From: Fonticula alba ATCC 38817
Taxonomy: Eukaryota > Protista > Nucleariida
DNA length: 6,982 nucleotides
NCBI GenBank assembly: GCA_000388065.2
Contig: KB932206.1
Direction: 5' to 3' (one strand)
Positions 5,465-6,982 of the stretch are shown one piece after another. The notes below the pieces were generated by a model that was not told the origin of the DNA, ran no database searches, and saw nothing but the letters and a program-made list of their open reading frames with translations. Both the position numbers and the translations under genes were made by a program. Numbering within the stretch: position 1 is the stretch's first letter; every line of letters begins with the position of its first letter.

Positions 5465-6851
5465 TCGGGGGAGTGGGTACGGGGGGGGGAACACAGCACC
5501 AGCGAGGCGCGCGTCACCGGGGAAAGGCGGGGCCAGGAGAGGGACACAGCGCCAGCGAAGCGGTTGGGTCAGAGCCGGCGGGACGCGGACGGGGCAAGGG
5601 CAGCTCGGCCCGGGACCGGGAATCGCACGCACCGAACGTGGACGAGGGGGTGTCCCAGGCATGGCCGCCGTCGGGCAGCATGTCGGCTGGGGGGTCTTCC
5701 GGCCGGGGGTCCGGGTCGGAGCAGCCCAGGCTCCCGGCCATGACTGCCAAGCAGAGGGCCATCGGGCTGGCTGAAGAGTCGAGCCCCTCGCCGGGGGCCG
5801 ACGGCGCGGCCGCCACGCGGAGCAGCCCCAGCAGGTCGGCATCCGAGTGCCCTGCCAGCGTCTCCAAGCTGCATGGGTGCCGGCGGTGGCCGCAGGGGCG
5901 AGTGTGAGTGCGTGCGCCGTGGGGTGGATGGGGCATCATGGGGGAGTGCATGCGCGCACGCACCTGGGCCAGTGAAGGGGAAGGGGCTGGCGATCGGGCC
6001 GGAGCTGGGTGCCGGCCACCTGTAGCAGGCACGCCAGCACCGGGCAGAGGCCGGCAAGCCGGAGGGCGCGCAAAATCAGGCGCCCCAGCGCGAGGGTGGC
6101 CAGCAGCATGGCGCACCCCGGGCAGCTCGACCCGGCGGCCGACACCGCATCGGCCGGGGCCAGGCGCATCAAGTGCGAGATCACCTGCAGGGCGCCCAGC
6201 AGAGCCGACACGGCGCCCACCGAGCCCCCCAGGGCCACGGCCACCGCCAGAGGCAGAGCCTCCTGGGTGCCGGTGTCGAGCGCTTGCAGGGCCGGCCGGT
6301 GGTCCGGGCCGAAGTCCGGCAGCAGGAGTCGCCCGGCCGTCGGGAGTCGCGGTGTCCTGGCGCAGGCGGGGCTCGCCGGTGCCCGCCCGGCTGCGCTCGG
6401 GCCCGCGGCCGGTGGAGTGGTTGTGGCCAAAGTCACGGCATCCAGGCGCTCTGTCAGCCGGCGCTGGAGGAGATCCCCCGGGGGGGAGTCCGGGCCGAGT
6501 GTCTCCCTGCGGGGGGTTTCCTGTGAGTATGGGCCGGATGGGGAGGAGGGGGCGGCCAGGCGGAGGCGAAGGCGGGGCCGAGTTGGATGTCACGCACGGG
6601 GGAGGCCCGTCGGGGGCGGAGAAAAGCGGCGAGAAGTTCGCCGACCTGACCCCGGCCACCGGGGTGGTGGTCAGGCGCTTGGGACGCGATGGCGACCGAG
6701 GCGCCGGGGCGATGATGGCCGGCGCCGGGGCCGGCCGGGGCTTTGGCGCTGGCGCACATGCGCATTGCTCCATCCACACGAGCGGGAGCTCGCCGCGAGC
6801 CAGCTGCTCAATCAGCCGGGCCAGCTGGCGACCCACGTCTGGCGGCGCCAT
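787..6851 (-). CDS. CDAN1: Codanin-1 homologue, 9 exons, 1407 aa as modelled
   Basis: The splice model joins ORF-track segments through 8 GT-AG introns with all phases compatible. Collinear matches to recalled human CDAN1: [14 protein letters not shown]~VLESLLREEVSVAAVVRW; KRLTTTPV~RRINPTPV; [12 protein letters not shown]~GRLWRLQERLMA; [29 protein letters not shown]~[28 protein letters not shown]; [13 protein letters not shown]~RRAVLTVPWLVEF; RRVAPKR~RKITPT; [21 protein letters not shown]~[21 protein letters not shown]; [14 protein letters not shown]~AVRALLPEETPAAV. No database search was run. Confidence 0.8.
938..971 (+). repeat. G-tract cluster in intron 8 (G-quadruplex-type motif on the template strand)
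   Basis: gggagggagggggggg-c-ggggg-c-ggggg-t-ggggg: more than four G3+ runs with 1-nt loops. Confidence 0.7.
1025..1845 (-). CDS. CDAN1: Exon 8 ([13 protein letters not shown]...RQSIDLHFQ)
   Basis: Acceptor GAGCAG ends at 1846. The junction recreates RALLPP-DTP, matching the recalled human RALLPEETP. Donor CAG/GTACGC at 1024. 821 nt, phase 1 to 0. Confidence 0.82.
1911..2054. other. Assembly gap (144 N) inside intron 7
   Basis: N run flanked by G6 (1905-1910) and G10 (2055-2064), consistent with a break at a G/C homopolymer. Confidence 0.95.
2071..2470 (-). CDS. CDAN1: Exon 7 ([30 protein letters not shown]...ALRALLPP), Codanin-1_C-like region
   Basis: Branch-like CTGAC (2485-2481) precedes acceptor CTGTAG ending at 2471 (155-nt intron 6). 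Donor CCGG/GTGCGT at 2070. 400 nt, phase 0 to 1. Confidence 0.85.
2573..2599. repeat. Short (CCTG)n/(GCAG)n microsatellite in intron 6
   Basis: gcctgcctgcctgcctacctgcctgcc on the plus strand. Confidence 0.8.
2626..3238 (-). CDS. CDAN1: Exon 6 ([23 protein letters not shown]...[28 protein letters not shown])
   Basis: Acceptor GGTGCAG ends at 3239 (221-nt intron 5). Same frame as ORF 2587..3405. Donor GAG/GTACGG at 2625. 613 nt, phase 2 to 0. Confidence 0.82.
2683..2733 (-). repeat. Coding (GCC/ACC)n repeat encoding AATTAATTAAAAAAAAA
   Basis: (gcg)n with two gtggtg interruptions on the plus strand, in frame in exon 6. Confidence 0.9.
3271..3380. repeat. Interrupted (GT)n/(CA)n microsatellite in intron 5
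   Basis: About 110 nt of gt repeats with gc and ttccc interruptions. Confidence 0.95.
3460..4368 (-). CDS. CDAN1: Exon 5 ([27 protein letters not shown]...CLAYARAWP)
   Basis: The acceptor CCTGGTAG ending at 4369 is the AG that keeps the frame (121-nt intron 4). Same frame as ORF 3408..4451. Donor GTGCGT at 3459. 909 nt, phase 2 to 2. Confidence 0.78.
4490..4835 (-). CDS. CDAN1: Exon 4 ([19 protein letters not shown]...[11 protein letters not shown])
   Basis: Acceptor CGCATAG ends at 4836. Same frame as ORF 4369..4971. Donor CCG/GTGCGC at 4489. 346 nt, phase 1 to 2. Confidence 0.8.
4876..4970. repeat. Perfect (GCAC)n/(GTGC)n microsatellite in intron 3, about 24 units
   Basis: 95 nt of uninterrupted gcac. 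A further 59 nt of the same repeat lies at 5406-5464 in the duplicated block. Confidence 0.95.
4912..5809. repeat. 404-nt perfect direct duplication (4912-5315 = 5406-5809) separated by a 90-N gap (5316-5405)
   Basis: Base-by-base comparison at offset 494 shows no differences, including the G9 run. Both copy boundaries coincide with the gap edges. Confidence 0.92.
5633..5868 (-). CDS. CDAN1: Exon 3 ([14 protein letters not shown]...WDTPSSTF)
   Basis: Acceptor CATGCAG ends at 5869 (95-nt intron 2). Donor TTCG/GTGCGT at 5632. 236 nt, phase 2 to 1. Confidence 0.8.
5964..6506 (-). CDS. CDAN1: Exon 2 ([22 protein letters not shown]...PLPLHWP)
   Basis: Acceptor CCCCCCGCAG ends at 6507 (91-nt intron 1). 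Same frame as ORF 5936..6436. Donor CCAG/GTGCGT at 5963. 543 nt, phase 2 to 2. Confidence 0.8.
6598..6851 (-). CDS. CDAN1: Exon 1 ([22 protein letters not shown]...[10 protein letters not shown]...DGPP)
   Basis: ATG at 6851-6849 is followed directly by a helix resembling the CDAN1 N-terminus. Third codon positions are strongly G/C in this frame. Donor GTGCGT at 6597 (phase 2). The frame is also open back to a YAG at 6913-6914, so an upstream exon is not excluded. Confidence 0.7.
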
Positions 6852-6982
6852 CGGAAGGCTGGCAGGCGGCGGCGGCCGAGCAGCGAAGGGGAGGGCTCGC
6901 CGGCGCAGAAGACTGTGCGAGAGGGGCGCAGCAGGGGGCGAGGTCACAGCAGAGGAGGGCGGAGGCGAGGGGGGCGGGGGGG

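Noticed and set aside
6454-6777. Alternative frame for exon 1 ([15 protein letters not shown]) spliced at phase 0 to the AG at 6521
   Set aside because: It has an upstream in-frame TGA, weaker G/C at third positions, and lacks the CDAN1-like N-terminal helix and B-domain motif.
5514-6947. 477-aa minus-strand ORF as one uninterrupted CDS
   Set aside because: Only its first and last parts are the coding frame (exons 1 and 3). The middle is an off-frame reading of exon 2 and introns.

Overview
GC-rich eukaryotic genomic DNA with two N-gaps, almost entirely filled by one 9-exon minus-strand gene. Exons in transcription order: 6851-6598, 6506-5964, 5868-5633, 4835-4490, 4368-3460, 3238-2626, 2470-2071, 1845-1025, 888-787. 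All eight introns are GT-AG and every splice phase is compatible, giving 4224 nt (1407 aa plus TGA). The spliced protein matches, block by block and in order, my recollection of human Codanin-1 (CDAN1; fly Discs lost), the ASF1-sequestering regulator of histone H3-H4 supply. It carries two candidate ASF1-binding B-domains ([18 protein letters not shown]), a helix resembling histone H3 alpha3 ([10 protein letters not shown]) and a Codanin-1_C-like region ([14 protein letters not shown]). The short C-rich microsatellite introns, GTRCG donors and Pro/Ala/Gly-rich inserts suggest a non-metazoan protist, possibly Fonticula-like (inference only). A 404-nt perfect duplication around the 90-N gap is most likely an assembly artefact. 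Most long ORFs in the track are antisense or off-frame shadows. No RNA genes, CRISPR arrays or mobile elements are supported. The human comparisons are from memory and need a real alignment.
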